DNA from: Eledone cirrhosa
Taxonomy: Eukaryota
Assembly (NCBI GenBank): GCA_964016885.1
Contig: OZ024742.1
Coordinates: 37,386,001-37,450,000 of the forward strand
Length of the DNA: 64,000 nt
Reading direction: 5' to 3'
Shown: piece by piece, positions 1 through 11,689 of the stretch
Numbering within the stretch: the first letter of the stretch is position 1
How the letters are laid out: every line of letters starts with the position of its first letter
Translations under genes and position numbers: made by a program
Notes under the pieces: generated by a model
The model's input: only the letters and a program-made list of their open reading frames with translations
What the model was told of the DNA's origin: nothing
Databases searched by the model: none

Positions 1-327
1 TATATATATATATATATATATAATAAATATATAATACATATATATATAATGTTTATATATATATATATATATAATGTTTATATATATATATATATATATA
101 TAATGTTTATATATATATATATATATATAATAAATATATATATATATATATATATAATAAATATATATATATATATATATAATGTTTATATATATATATA
201 TATATATATAATGTTTATATATATATATATATATATAATAAATATATATATATATATATAATGTTTATATATATATATATATATATAATAAATATATAAT
301 ACATATATATATAATGTTTATATATAT

Positions 328-374
<47 letters not shown>

Positions 375-391
375 CATATAAATGTTTATAT

Positions 392-423
<32 letters not shown>

Positions 424-451
424 ATATATATATAATACATATAAATATGTT

Positions 452-482
<31 letters not shown>

Positions 483-500
483 TATAATACATATAAATAT

Positions 501-546
<46 letters not shown>

Positions 547-564
547 TATAATACATATATATAT

Positions 565-602
<38 letters not shown>

Positions 603-1376
603 TATAATACATATATATATGTTTATATATATATATAATATATATAATACATATATATATAATGTTTATATATATATATAATATATATAATACATATATA
701 ATGTTTATATATATATAATATATATAATACATATATGTTTTTATATATATATATATATATAATATATATAATACATATGTTTATATATATATATATATAA
801 TATATATAATACATGTTTATATATATATATATATATAATATATATAATACATATATAATGTTTATATATATAATATATATATAATGTTTATATATATATA
901 ATATAAATAATACATATATAATGTTTATATATATATAATATAAATAATACATATATAATGTTTATATATATAAATAATATAAATAATACATATATAATGT
1001 TTATATATATAAATAATATAAATAATACATATATAATGTTTATATATATAAATAATATAAATAATACATATATAATGTTTATCATCATCATCAACGTTTA
1101 ACGTCCGTGTTCCACGCTTGCATGGGTTTGGACGGGGGTAGTCCCACTTGAGGCAAGAGTGATTGTCTTGCTCGCATAGGACTGTCTGGCAGGTTTTCTA
1201 CAGTTGGATGCCCTTATATATAAATAATATATATAATACATATATATATATATATATATATAATACATATATATATAATGTTTATAAATATATATATATA
1301 TATAATACATATATATAATACATATATATATAATGCATATATATATATAATGTTTATATATATATATGTATACATA
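1..1376. repeat. Compound (TA)n microsatellite/minisatellite with recurrent ATGTTT and ATAC interruptions
   Basis: Almost pure TA dinucleotide with a repeated TAATACATATATAATGTTT motif. Similar arrays occur at 4265-4480, 6425-6635, 37235-37385 and 39410-39575. Confidence 0.95.
1081..1214 (-). mobile_element. 5'-truncated RTE LINE 3' end with (GAT)n tail
   Basis: Essentially identical to 56635-56768, the 3' end of the long RTE copy. Embedded in (TA)n. Confidence 0.9.
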
Positions 1377-4214
1377 TCTATATATATAAAACTGAGGATG
1401 TCTCTGTCTCTCTGTGTGTGGGTGTGTGTCTGTGAGTTTGAATCCCTAAAACTCGAGAAGTACCCAACCGATTTTTTTGAAACTTTACATGTGTATTACT
1501 TATGTTTCAGGAAGTGTTATGCACATAAAAAAATTGTTTGATCCCCTAGGCCCCTAGGTGAAAAACTGCGTTTTTTTTCAGCTTTTTATGGTATTTTTGA
1601 GGCATTACGTCGGACCAATTTCCTTGAAATTGTAACTATGAATTAGTCAGTCTTTTCTTCATGCTGTCATCATCATCATCATCATCACCGTTTTACGTCC
1701 GTTCTTCCACGCTAGCATGGGTTAGACGGGTTGTCCTGTTGTGTGCAGTGTCTGGTCGGCTGACCATGCCTTGCTCATACAGGAACTGATCTGACTTGAT
1801 TTCTACAGCTGGATGCCCTTCCTAACACCAACCTCATTTACAGTGAGTGCTGGGTACTTTTTCGTGGTGCCTACACGTCCACTTTACAGTGTGGGCTGGG
1901 TGCTTTTTTGCCGTGGCGCCTCCACGACCACCTTGCGGTGGGAGGGTGTGGGGGCATATTGTTTATATGCTTCAGCATGTACCCATGGGAGGTCGGGTAC
2001 TCTGTATTACTGCGTGACGCCAGAAGTCACGGCCGTGTGTCATTGTCTTTGAGAGGTGTAGTTGGGTAAAATCAGCTTTTATCACCTCATCCCAGGTCAT
2101 CTTGGGTCTCCCCACTCCGCGGTTTCCATCAACTTCTAGTGCTCTGCACCTTTTTATGCAGCTGTCATCCTTCATACGCATCACATGTCCATACCAGCAC
2201 AACCGCCTCTCCTGCACACAGCATTTGATTCCTCTTATGCTCAGTCTCTCTCTCAATTTATTTATGCTTTGTCGTTCACGTATATTACTGTTACACATCC
2301 ATCGGAACATGCAGGCTTCGTTTCTCTCTAATCTACGTAAGTCTTCCACCTTCAGCGCCCAGGTCTCACTACCATGCAACATTGCTGTTCGGATACACGC
2401 ATCATACAGTCTGCCTTTCATTCTGAGGGAGAAGCCTTTTGCAGCTAGCAGTGGTAGTAGTTCCCTAAACTTCTTCCATCCCGTTCTTACCCTAGTTATT
2501 GTACTTTCTGAACACCCACCTCCGTTGCTAATTCGGTCACCTAGGTAGCAGAAGCTGTCTACTGTTTCTACAGGGCCCTCCCAGAGATTGGTGGTACTTG
2601 TTTCCTGTGGCTGTTTGCTGCTTGCTGTTTCAGCACAGCTGCTGCATGTGAATCCTACATTCTTAATTAAGCTTCCTGAGATCCCGCTACATCTCTTGTG
2701 TACCCATTGTTTGCATTTGCGGCAGAGAATGGAGTTCCTACCTACACCTTTCCTACATACTGAGCAAGGCCATTTCCCTGAGGGGATCTGGGTTCTGTTT
2801 TCTCGTCTACTTACAAGGACCTTAGTCTTTGTCATGTTGACTTTGAGACCCTTTCTTTCTAGTCCCTGCTTCCAGGTTTGGAATTTATTCTCTAGTTCTA
2901 CCATAGATTCAGCTATGAGTGCGAGGTCATCAGCATACAGGAGTTCCCATGGGCATCTCGTCTTAAACTCCTCCGTTATTGCCTGCAGGACTATGATGAA
3001 CAGGAGAGGCTAAAAACAGAGCCCTGGTGGACCCCAACCTGTACGCTAAATTCCTCGCTATACTCATTGCTACTCCTAACTTTGCTGACTGCTCCCCTAT
3101 ACATGGCTTGTACCGCTTTCACAAGCCATTCATCTACTCCTAGTTTTCTAAGAGCCCACCAGATTACCGCACATGGAACTCTGTCAAAGGCTTTCTCAAG
3201 GTCGACAAATGCCAAGTAGAGTGGCTTACTTTTAGCTAGGTACTTTTCCTGTAATTGCCTGACAAGGAAGAGGGCATCAGTGGTGCCTCTTCCTGGTACA
3301 AACCCAAATTGCATCTCGTCTATTTTCACTCGGTCCCTAATCAGCTGTGCTATAACTCTTTCTGTTACTTTCATGACCTGGTCCATCAACTTTATACCTC
3401 TATAGTTTCCTCTATCTAGTGCATCGCCTTTACCTTTGTAGCAGTTGACAATGATGCTACTGCACCAATCTTTTGGTATGGCCCCTTCTAGTATTACCTG
3501 GTTAACGATACGTGTGGTTATAGTGTGACCTACAGACCCAGATGCCTTCAGCATCTCGGCAGCTATCCCCGATGGACCGGTTGCCTTCCCCATCTTCATA
3601 TCTCTGATTGCCTTACTTACTACGCTGCCGCTGACTTGTACTGCTGGTCCCTCTATAGGGTCTACTTGGTGTAGGGTCTCTTCTTCCCATGCATTTTCCT
3701 CATTTAGTAATCTATCATAATGACTCTTCCATGCATCTTTCTTCTCAGCACTTGTGAGGGCAAGCTCACCTTTATCATTCCGGATACACTTCTCTCCAAT
3801 GACATCACAACTATCTCCGACACACTGCCTCGCAATCTTGAATACCTCCTGTTTCTGGTCCTCAAGAAAATCCAACTTTTTTATGGCCTAGGGCCTGCAT
3901 TAGGTGAAAAACTTCATTTTTTCAGCTTTTTAGAGCTTTTTTGAGGCGTTACATCTAGCCGATTTTCCTGAAATTTCAAGGCATATTATGCACATAAAAA
4001 AAATTTATTTTCTTTCGCCTAGGGCCCACATTAGGTGAAAACCTGCATTTTTCCTGCTTCATCAAGGAAAATCTTAAATATTATCCATCCATCAGAGTAT
4101 TCGGTTTATTTTCTTTACATATTGTCCAGGCATGCAGTTTTTCCACGATTAGGTATTTTGGCGGCCCGCCTTCCAAAATACCTTACTTCGTGCAACGCCG
4201 GGTACCACTGCTAG
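1377..4214 (+). mobile_element. Non-autonomous Helitron-like element, interrupted by an RTE LINE at 1667-3862
   Basis: Starts A|TCTATATATATAAAA and ends with a GC-rich subterminal motif GTGCAACGCCGGG followed by CTAG|T. The subrepeat (ctagg..taggtgaaaaact..ttttttcagcttttt) occurs on both sides of the RTE. Confidence 0.65.
1667..3862 (-). mobile_element. RTE-clade LINE, 5'-truncated, RT ORF with one frameshift near 3010
   Basis: ORFs 2991-3875 and 1972-2904 encode RT motifs ([30 protein letters not shown]) and the RTE C-terminus (WYGHVMRM..GRPK.TW). The 3' UTR ends in (GAT)n. Confidence 0.95.
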
Positions 4215-4306
4215 TATCACCCTTGCAAGCAGGGAAGAGCGGACATAAAATGATGATGATGATATATAATACATATCTATATAATGTTTATATATATATA
4301 TATATA

Positions 4307-4352
<46 letters not shown>

Positions 4353-4402
4353 CATATATAATGTTTATATATATATATATATATATATAATACATATATA
4401 AT

Positions 4403-4442
<40 letters not shown>

Positions 4443-4483
4443 CATATATAATGTTTATATATATATATATATGTATACATATA

Positions 4484-4773
4484 TAAGTATGCATGCATGT
4501 ATACGTACATACATATATGTATACAGGCGCACAGTAGTATGTATATATACATACATACATGCACACATATATATATGCACGTATCGGTTTACCGAACATT
4601 TATTATAATAATCGGTTTGTTTGTTTGTTTGTAAACAAACAGCCCGAATTATAATAAATGTTCGGTAAACCGAAACATGCATATATATATGTGTGCATGT
4701 ATGTATGTATATATACATACTACTGTGCGTCTGTATACATATATGTATGTACGTATACATGCATGCATACTTA
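4484..4773. repeat. ~290-bp near-perfect palindrome (foldback)
   Basis: 4484-~4625 is the reverse complement of ~4632-4773 (taagtatgcatgcatgtatacg...cgtatacatgcatgcatactta), with few mismatches. Confidence 0.9.
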
Positions 4774-4950
4774 CATTTAAGTAAGTGCCATACTAAGAGT
4801 GAGAAATGAAATTTTGTTTCATTCTATTCTATTTATACATATATACATATATATATAATGTATATATAATACATATATATATATAATGTTTATATATGTA
4901 TACATATATATATCATGTTTATATATATATATATATGTATACATATATAT

Positions 4951-6425
4951 ATTAGAATTAACAACGAATATAGTGAAGAGTTTAGCGTAAAAGTTGGTGT
5001 TCATCAGGGCTCCGTTCTTAGCCCCCTACTATTTATTATTGCCCTTCAGGCTATAACAGTGGAGTTCAAGACCGGCTGCCCATGGGAACTCCTATACGCA
5101 GATGATCTAACGCTCATAGCTAAATCAATGGCCGAACTAGAGAAGAAATTCCAAACATGGAAGCATGGCCTAGAATCAAAAGGCCTTGAAATTAACCTGT
5201 CTAAGACTAAAGTTCTAGTTTGTAGGAAGGAAAATAGGGCACCGGTCCCATCCGGAAAATGGCCATGCTCAGTGTGTAGGAAAGGAGTAGGTAGAAACTC
5301 CATTTTATGTCCCAAATGCAAAGTATGGGTGCATAAAAGATGTAGTGGGATCACAGGTAAGCTAACTAAGAACATAGATTTTATATGTGGCCGGTGCTCT
5401 GGTGCTATAAGTAGCATCAAGTGCCCACAGAATACTAGCTCATTCCATTGCACAGATGGTTCTATAGAAATAGTGGACAGCTTCCGTTAGTTGGGTGACA
5501 AAATCAGCAGTGGGGGAGGGTGCTCTGAAAGTACAGTACCTAGAGTCAGAACTGGATGGAAAAAGTTCAGAGAGCTTATACCACTATTAGCCGCTGAAGG
5601 GTTCTCTCTAAAAATGAAAGGCAGGCTGTATGATGCCTGCATACGAACAGCAATGTTACATGGCAGTGAGACCTGGGCATTGTGTGCAGAGGATATACGC
5701 AGATTGGAGAGGAATGAAGCTTGCATGCTCCGTTGGATGTGTAATAGTAATATACGTGAACGGCAAAGCATAAATGAACTAAGGGAAAAATTAGAAATAA
5801 GAGGGATCAGATGTTGTTTACTCGAGAGAAGACTACGTTGGTATGGTCACGTGATGCGCATGAAAGACGACAGCTGTATAAAAAAGTGCAGGGTAATAAA
5901 AATAGACGGTAGCCACGGAGTAGGCAGACCCAGAAAAACCTGGGACGACTTGATAAATTCCGACCTCACACACTTGCACCTCTCCAAGACACTGGACCGA
6001 GATCTTTGGCGCTACACAGTAATACAGAAGACCCGCCTTACCTAAGTACAAAGTGAAACCTACTACAGTCAGTAGGCACCTCTAACAAAATACACCCTCG
6101 TTCCACTACCCCCACCCCATCCCTTTCAATGTAAAGTTATGTTGGTACCACAACATCCAGTCCGAAACAAATGAGGTCGTGTAGGTGTCACGACAAAAAA
6201 AACACACAGTCCACGCTGTAATGTGGCCGTGTAGGTAACACGGTAAAAACCTCCCAGTCCACACTGTAAACCTGGTTGGTGTTAGGAAGGGCATCCAGCC
6301 GTAGAAAACCCGCCAGACAGTCCTATGCGAGCGAGACAACCACTCTTGCCTCAAGTGGGAAAACTCCCGTCCAAACCCATGCAAGCGTGGAAGATGGACG
6401 TTAAACGATGATGATGGTGATGAAT
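4951..6425 (+). mobile_element. RTE-clade LINE, 5'-truncated, premature stop at 5488-5490
   Basis: ORFs 4915-5490 and 5491-6045 encode GVHQGSVLSPLLF, YADD, a Cys-rich insert and WYGHV. The 3' UTR has a (GAT)n tail. Confidence 0.95.
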
Positions 6426-6699
6426 GTATATATAATACATATATATATATCATGTTTATATATATATATATATGTATACATATATATATATAATACATAT
6501 ATATATATAATGTATATATAATATATATAATGTATATATAATATATATAATGTATATACATATATAATGTATATATAATATATATATACATTATATACAT
6601 ATATAATGTATATATAATATATATATACATTATATATCATCATCATTTCATTTTACGTCCGCTTTTTCCCTGCTTGCAAGGGTGGGACATATATATATA

Positions 6700-8345
6700 T
6701 CCAGACGTATCCAGGTATAGGAGTTTTGTCAGATTTCTTGGAGGAATTTGTCTAAAGGATTTTTGAATTTTATGGTGTCTGTTTCTGTTTGAATGTGTTT
6801 TGATGTAATGTTAAAGAGAGCGGGACCAATTGAGGTGAAATAATTGTGCCGTAATTTTGTTATGAGATATGAATTTGATTTTTGTTGTTTGTAGATAGCA
6901 CAGGGCCCAAGCCTTAAGTGTACTTTAAAGATGACGCCAACATCTTTGGGCAATGCTGATGAAATATTTTCCACATCATGCAGATGATGTAGCGCTCATG
7001 GCAGCATTGGAGAGAATAGAGTTTGAGCTTTTCTAGTTGACCCCAATAGTCAAAGTTGTCATGCCGTCTATCTTTTTTGTGATTGACCTTTGAGGTGTTT
7101 CAATTTTCATAATACTTTGTTTCGTGTGGGGAGACAATAGTGAACAGTATTCAAGGTGGAGTGATAATGGTAAGGAATACTCTCAACTAGAAAGTTTTGA
7201 GAATCCAGTAACACATTCTGCAGGCCATGTCAACTTTGCTGTTTATATGAGTGGCCCAGCTTATGTTGTTATCAACAATTACTCCCAAGGCTCTGATGTT
7301 GTTGGATGCCACAAGAGTTTCACCTGAAGGAAGGGAATATGAGAGTTTCAGTGCATCCTCTTTTCTAAAGTGGATCAATTTAAATTTATCCTTGTTCAGC
7401 ATCATGTTCTTTTCTGACCACTGGATAACAGCAAGTAGATCTGATTGAAAGCATGTCCAATCACCCACACTTGGAATCATCTGTAAAGATTCTTATGTTG
7501 CTGTGCTTGATGACGTCAGTAACATCATTTATATAGATAATGAAAAAAAGCGGGGCCCAACACAGTGCATTGTGGAATGCCACCACTGCTGACCTTGGCT
7601 GGTTTTCATTGTACTCCTTCGACTACATGTTGGGCTCTGTTTGTCAGGAAACACGTGATCCATTGCAGTAACTTTCCAGAGACACCAATGTTGGATAGTT
7701 TTTTTCAGTAGAATGTTGTGGTCAACCCTGTCAAAGGCCTTGCTGAAATCAACATAGATGACGTCAGTAATGGTGCCTTCTCCCAAAGCTCAAACGTTAT
7801 GTCCGATATAGTGTGTTGGGGATTACCATCACCGATACAGCCCAGATCAGCCATATCAGGATTGCTATAAACAGAGCAGTATTGTTTCTGCAGTATCTCG
7901 CCCATGGTTTTAGCATTGTCTTGGAGAGTGCCATTTTCATCAATTAGAGGACCAACAGTGGAGACAGTGATCTTGTGTTTTTTCGCAAATGAAAAAAAAC
8001 ACTTTGGGATTGAGTTTGATTTTCTCAATGGCTCATTTCTCCTCATCTGTTCTTTGGTTATTAATGATGGTCTTCATACATTGTTGGAGGTTATATTTTT
8101 TTTATTCGAGCAGTGTGATTAGCAGTTGAATGTGTAAGTTGCTGTTGACAATATTTTAGTTTGTTAATTTTTTTGTTTGTTCTTTTTATTTTTCTGATAA
8201 GTTTTTCTGTTTTGGGTGATTTTACATTTAGTTTTGTTCACAGATCTTGGTGGGGTGTTTCGCACATATGTTTGTGATAGTGTCTACAAAAATCTGTTAA
8301 GATATTTTGATGTTGGTGGAGATGTGTGTATATGTGACAGACCAG
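6700..8345 (-). mobile_element. Degraded CR1/L2-group LINE RT fragment
   Basis: Broken ORFs encode DVIYVDFSKAFDRVDHNILLKK, QSDLLAVIQWSEKNMMLNKDKFK and LGVIVDNNISWATHI. Confidence 0.85.
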
Positions 8346-8359
8346 TCAACATGTGATAG

Positions 8360-8490
8360 CTCGTTAGAGTTGGCATTTCAAATCCCGCTGAGGTTAACTT
8401 TGCCTTTCATCCTTACGGGGTCGATAAAATAAAGTACCAGCAATGCACGGTGTAATTGCTGGCCTTGTGCCAAAAGTAGAAACAATTATA
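8360..8490 (+). mobile_element. SINE fragment with Deu/Nin-like domain
   Basis: Contains AACTTTGCCTTTCATCCTTACGGGGTCGATAAAATAAAGTACCAG. Other copies lie at 11915-12060 (-), 12850-12945, 17980-18085, 23420-23635, 28480-28680, 28730-28940 and 31040-31170. Confidence 0.7.
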
Positions 8491-9254
8491 TATATATACG
8501 ATATATAGGGCATCCAGCTGTAGAAATCAAGCCAGAATCAGTTCCCGTCCCACCCTTGCAAGCAGGGAACAGCGGACGTAAAATGAAATGATGATGATAC
8601 AATATATAAAATATATTAATTGGAGATATTTTTATATCTATATAAATATATAAAATATATTAATTGAAGATATATATATATATATATACACATACATACA
8701 GACAAATATAGACATACATGAGTACTCACAGTAGTCGAATTCTGCGATTACTCAGCGAAACTGCAGCAGTCGGGACATCAAAGTAAATAAGTAATGATTT
8801 TTTTTTCTTATCTTGTTTACTTTTCCCAAATATAATTTTACACGCACACTAATATATATAAAATCAGGATTACGTACCAGAATGTTAAAACTGAGTGTTT
8901 ATGTGTGTAACAAAATTGCACTAAAAAATAATATTATTACGAGGAGTGTGTACTTTACAAATAGTTATCATTGATTATAGCTTTCAAAAGAAAACGAATA
9001 AATGGGATTCATTCCGTATATACCTGTTACGTACATTAGTGTTAAGGAATTAATACTAGGGCTACCACGTTGATTCTTTCTCTCTCTCTCTCATATATAT
9101 ATATATAATAATAAATGTGAAGACTAAAATCCGGAGAGGACTCGATAAGGATAATCTAAATATGAGTTAGTTTCAGAAGATCCCGTTAAGGGTGAAAGCA
9201 GCGATTCTTTGCTTAAACATTAATCTGTTATTTTAATATATATAATCAAACAAC

Positions 9255-9450
9255 TATTTTCCAGCCTGTGGCGTTCGAGACGTTTGGTGGAGCTGGATCG
9301 CTGACAGCAAAGTTCTTGTCATCGATGGCAGCTCGCCTTAACGTGTTAGGTGATGCCCGTAGAGGTGCTTGGTTGCTTCAACGCCTTAGCCTCGCCATCA
9401 CCCGCGGTAATGCTGCGAGCGTGTTGGCTTGCTTCAAAAATTTCCGTTGA
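9255..9450 (+). mobile_element. CRE-clade non-LTR retrotransposon C-terminal (restriction-like endonuclease) remnant
   Basis: FQPVAFETFG...GDARRGAWLLQRLSLAITRGNAASV matches the recalled P.A.ET.G...QRLS.A.QRGNA motif of CRE elements. Confidence 0.7.
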
Positions 9451-9974
9451 CTCTTGTTGTACGGCCGATTGTCGCACTTGATGGATGGCGAGTTGATGGT
9501 TGTTTTTGTTTGTTTGTTTTTTTCCTCTCGCTTTGATCATATATTTTTGTGCGTTATATTTATGAGGTCCCTAATAATTAATTATATTTATTATATGTGT
9601 TATATTTTCATCCTGAAAGAATTATAAACAATTTGCAGTGTTACTTATACAACTATGGATAAAACTATAATTATAGAGATGTCTAAAATCCCGACCGCGG
9701 CGCTATGCGATTTCGGCTTGTGTGTGTTCAGCCTCTATATCACTCTGCATCTCACCATGGATTGAGTTCTCCCATGATTAGTGGTCTCTCAGGTATCAGC
9801 ACCGAAGACTCTCTCTCTCTCTCTATATATATAGATATATATAGATATATAGATATATATATATATATATATATATATACTAAATCGGTGGTCTATTAAA
9901 GAACGGAAGGCAACTACAATTAAAGTAAGGCACTCAATACATACCATGTAGCTGGAGTACTTTATTTTATTTTG

Positions 9975-10095
9975 TTGAGAGATGACATTTACAGGACTAG
10001 TACTGTTTCATTCTATCTTGAATTTACCAGAAAGGATTTCTGACAATTTCATCACCGAATGAAACAGAACTAGTCCTGTAAATGTTACTTCCCAA
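9975..10095. repeat. Short inverted repeat (MITE-like), ~35-bp arms
   Basis: tgacatttacaggactagtactgtttcattc pairs with gaatgaaacagaactagtcctgtaaatgtta. Confidence 0.8.
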
Positions 10096-10490
10096 TGGTA
10101 TTATATGTATTTATATATGAGAGGGAAAGAAAGGGAGAGAGGAGGTAAGATGTTAGGATAAAACATATAGGCCCCTTGGCCATGTTTAAGCTTGGCCGTA
10201 GAGCCTATATGTGCTATCTACACTTTATTTTCCTTAAAAGTATGGAGTACTAAGTTGATGGTCTTAATGGTCTCAATAGATATCATGTTTTATGTGTGTG
10301 CATGAGTGAGGGGATGAGGGAATGTGTGTATGGAGTATGTGAAATGTAACCAGTGAATCGGACGAGACATTTTCATTTTCTTCAATCGAGATGTATTGTC
10401 AATGGTACCCTTTACAAACAACATAACACCGACGGAAATATTTACGGATAGGTGAAAGACAATTTGTGTGTTACAAGAAATAAAACTTAC

Positions 10491-10846
10491 CAGGAGAATT
10501 CATCGTCCTTTGAGATACTATTTACATCTATAATGTCCACGTCTTCCTCCACAGTCTGGTGGGCAGTGTTGTTATTGCTGCAACTGTTGTTCTGATGTTG
10601 GTTGTTATGGTTGTTGTGTTGGTGATTGTGCTGCTGTTGGTGGTTATTTTGGCCCGTTGAGCCATTGTGCTGGTTGATTTTACTGTCCACATCGCCGTTG
10701 TTTAGCTTCTGTTTACTCCGAAGCAGTTCGTTCTGTAGCTCAAGCCTCTTCACCAGTTCCTGCAGTTTACGTACCTCGGCTTGAGGGTCAACCAGGTTCG
10801 CCTCGACAGGACTGGCGGACGTTTCTTTCTTTGACACACTGTTCAT
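10491..10846 (-). CDS. SLAIN2: SLAIN motif-containing protein, first coding exon (N-terminal coiled coil). The gene continues leftward out of the window.
   Basis: MNSVSKK...[21 protein letters not shown] matches the recalled SLAIN1/2 N-terminus ([21 protein letters not shown]). It ends DDEFSW at a phase-2 donor TG|GTAAGT, and the ATG is at 10846. Confidence 0.85.
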
Positions 10847-11324
10847 CTTTGAAGGCGGGGGAGGGCAGCGGACAATAGAGGGCCAACCCACTTAGAACAA
10901 ACAGTCCCTTCGACAGACAGAGAATGTATGTATGTATGATTATGTGACTGTATGTATATATGGAAGATAAAAAAAAATAAAGAAGCGTGTTTGGCAACAA
11001 AAATGAAATGTGTCAGAAGGGTAGAGGCAATTAATCTTGCCGAAAAAAGAAAATTTGAAAAAAAAAAAAAATTAAATAAAAGGAAAACCCACAGCGACAA
11101 ACCCCCCCGTGTGTGGTCTCTATGAATCGGACAACTGGAGAAGAGGTTTGTTTGTTTTTTCAGATTACTGTAATGTGAGTGAGGTAATGTGCAGTTGTTT
11201 CTATCTGTGACGACACTAATCAGACATTAAAATAAGGTTTCTTTCAATGAAAAGCTGCAACAGACATTACCAGGGAAAAAAAAAACTTAATGACAGTCGC
11301 TCCTCCTGACAGGAAACTCCCCAT

Positions 11325-11336
11325 TGCGCATGCGTC
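11325..11336. promoter_or_regulatory. NRF1-like site in the putative SLAIN promoter
   Basis: TGCGCATGCGTC versus the consensus TGCGCATGCGCA, about 480 bp upstream of the SLAIN ATG in a locally CpG-richer patch. Confidence 0.5.
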
Positions 11337-11689
11337 TCGGCAAATGATTTACGCCCTCCCACTCCCTTTATCTTTATAGTTTTGTTCCTTTCACTACTTC
11401 ATCTCTGAATTATTTTATTTATGTTTGTATGTATGTAAGTGCGTATATATCATAGTACATAGCCCATTGCTTTTCCTGTGATGATGATAAATACGACGAT
11501 GCTGACGAAAGGTTTTTCATTGTTCTTTCTAACTTATAAATGGAGTCAATAACTGGGATAAAGCTTGTACATTGAAACATTATATATCACTGGAGGTGAT
11601 TAACTATTTGTGGACATTCTCACAATTCTTCCTAGCGACAAAATGTTACAGTTTGTTTAGAGAAGTTGGAAGCATACATAACTGAATAA

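Noticed and set aside
49-1541. YI/IY-rich ORFs (also 4149-5004, 6106-6646, 37334-37606, 39452-40925, 55859-56156)
   Set aside because: These are translations of (TA)n/(TG)n/(CT)n microsatellites, which lack stop codons.
2102-3013. Plus-strand ORFs of 141-148 aa (also 57212-59897 and 47613-48432)
   Set aside because: They are antisense shadows of RTE RT coding sequence.
10847-10891. Longer SLAIN start given by the ORF track
   Set aside because: It begins at GTG. The first in-frame ATG, in AAGATGA context, is at 10846.
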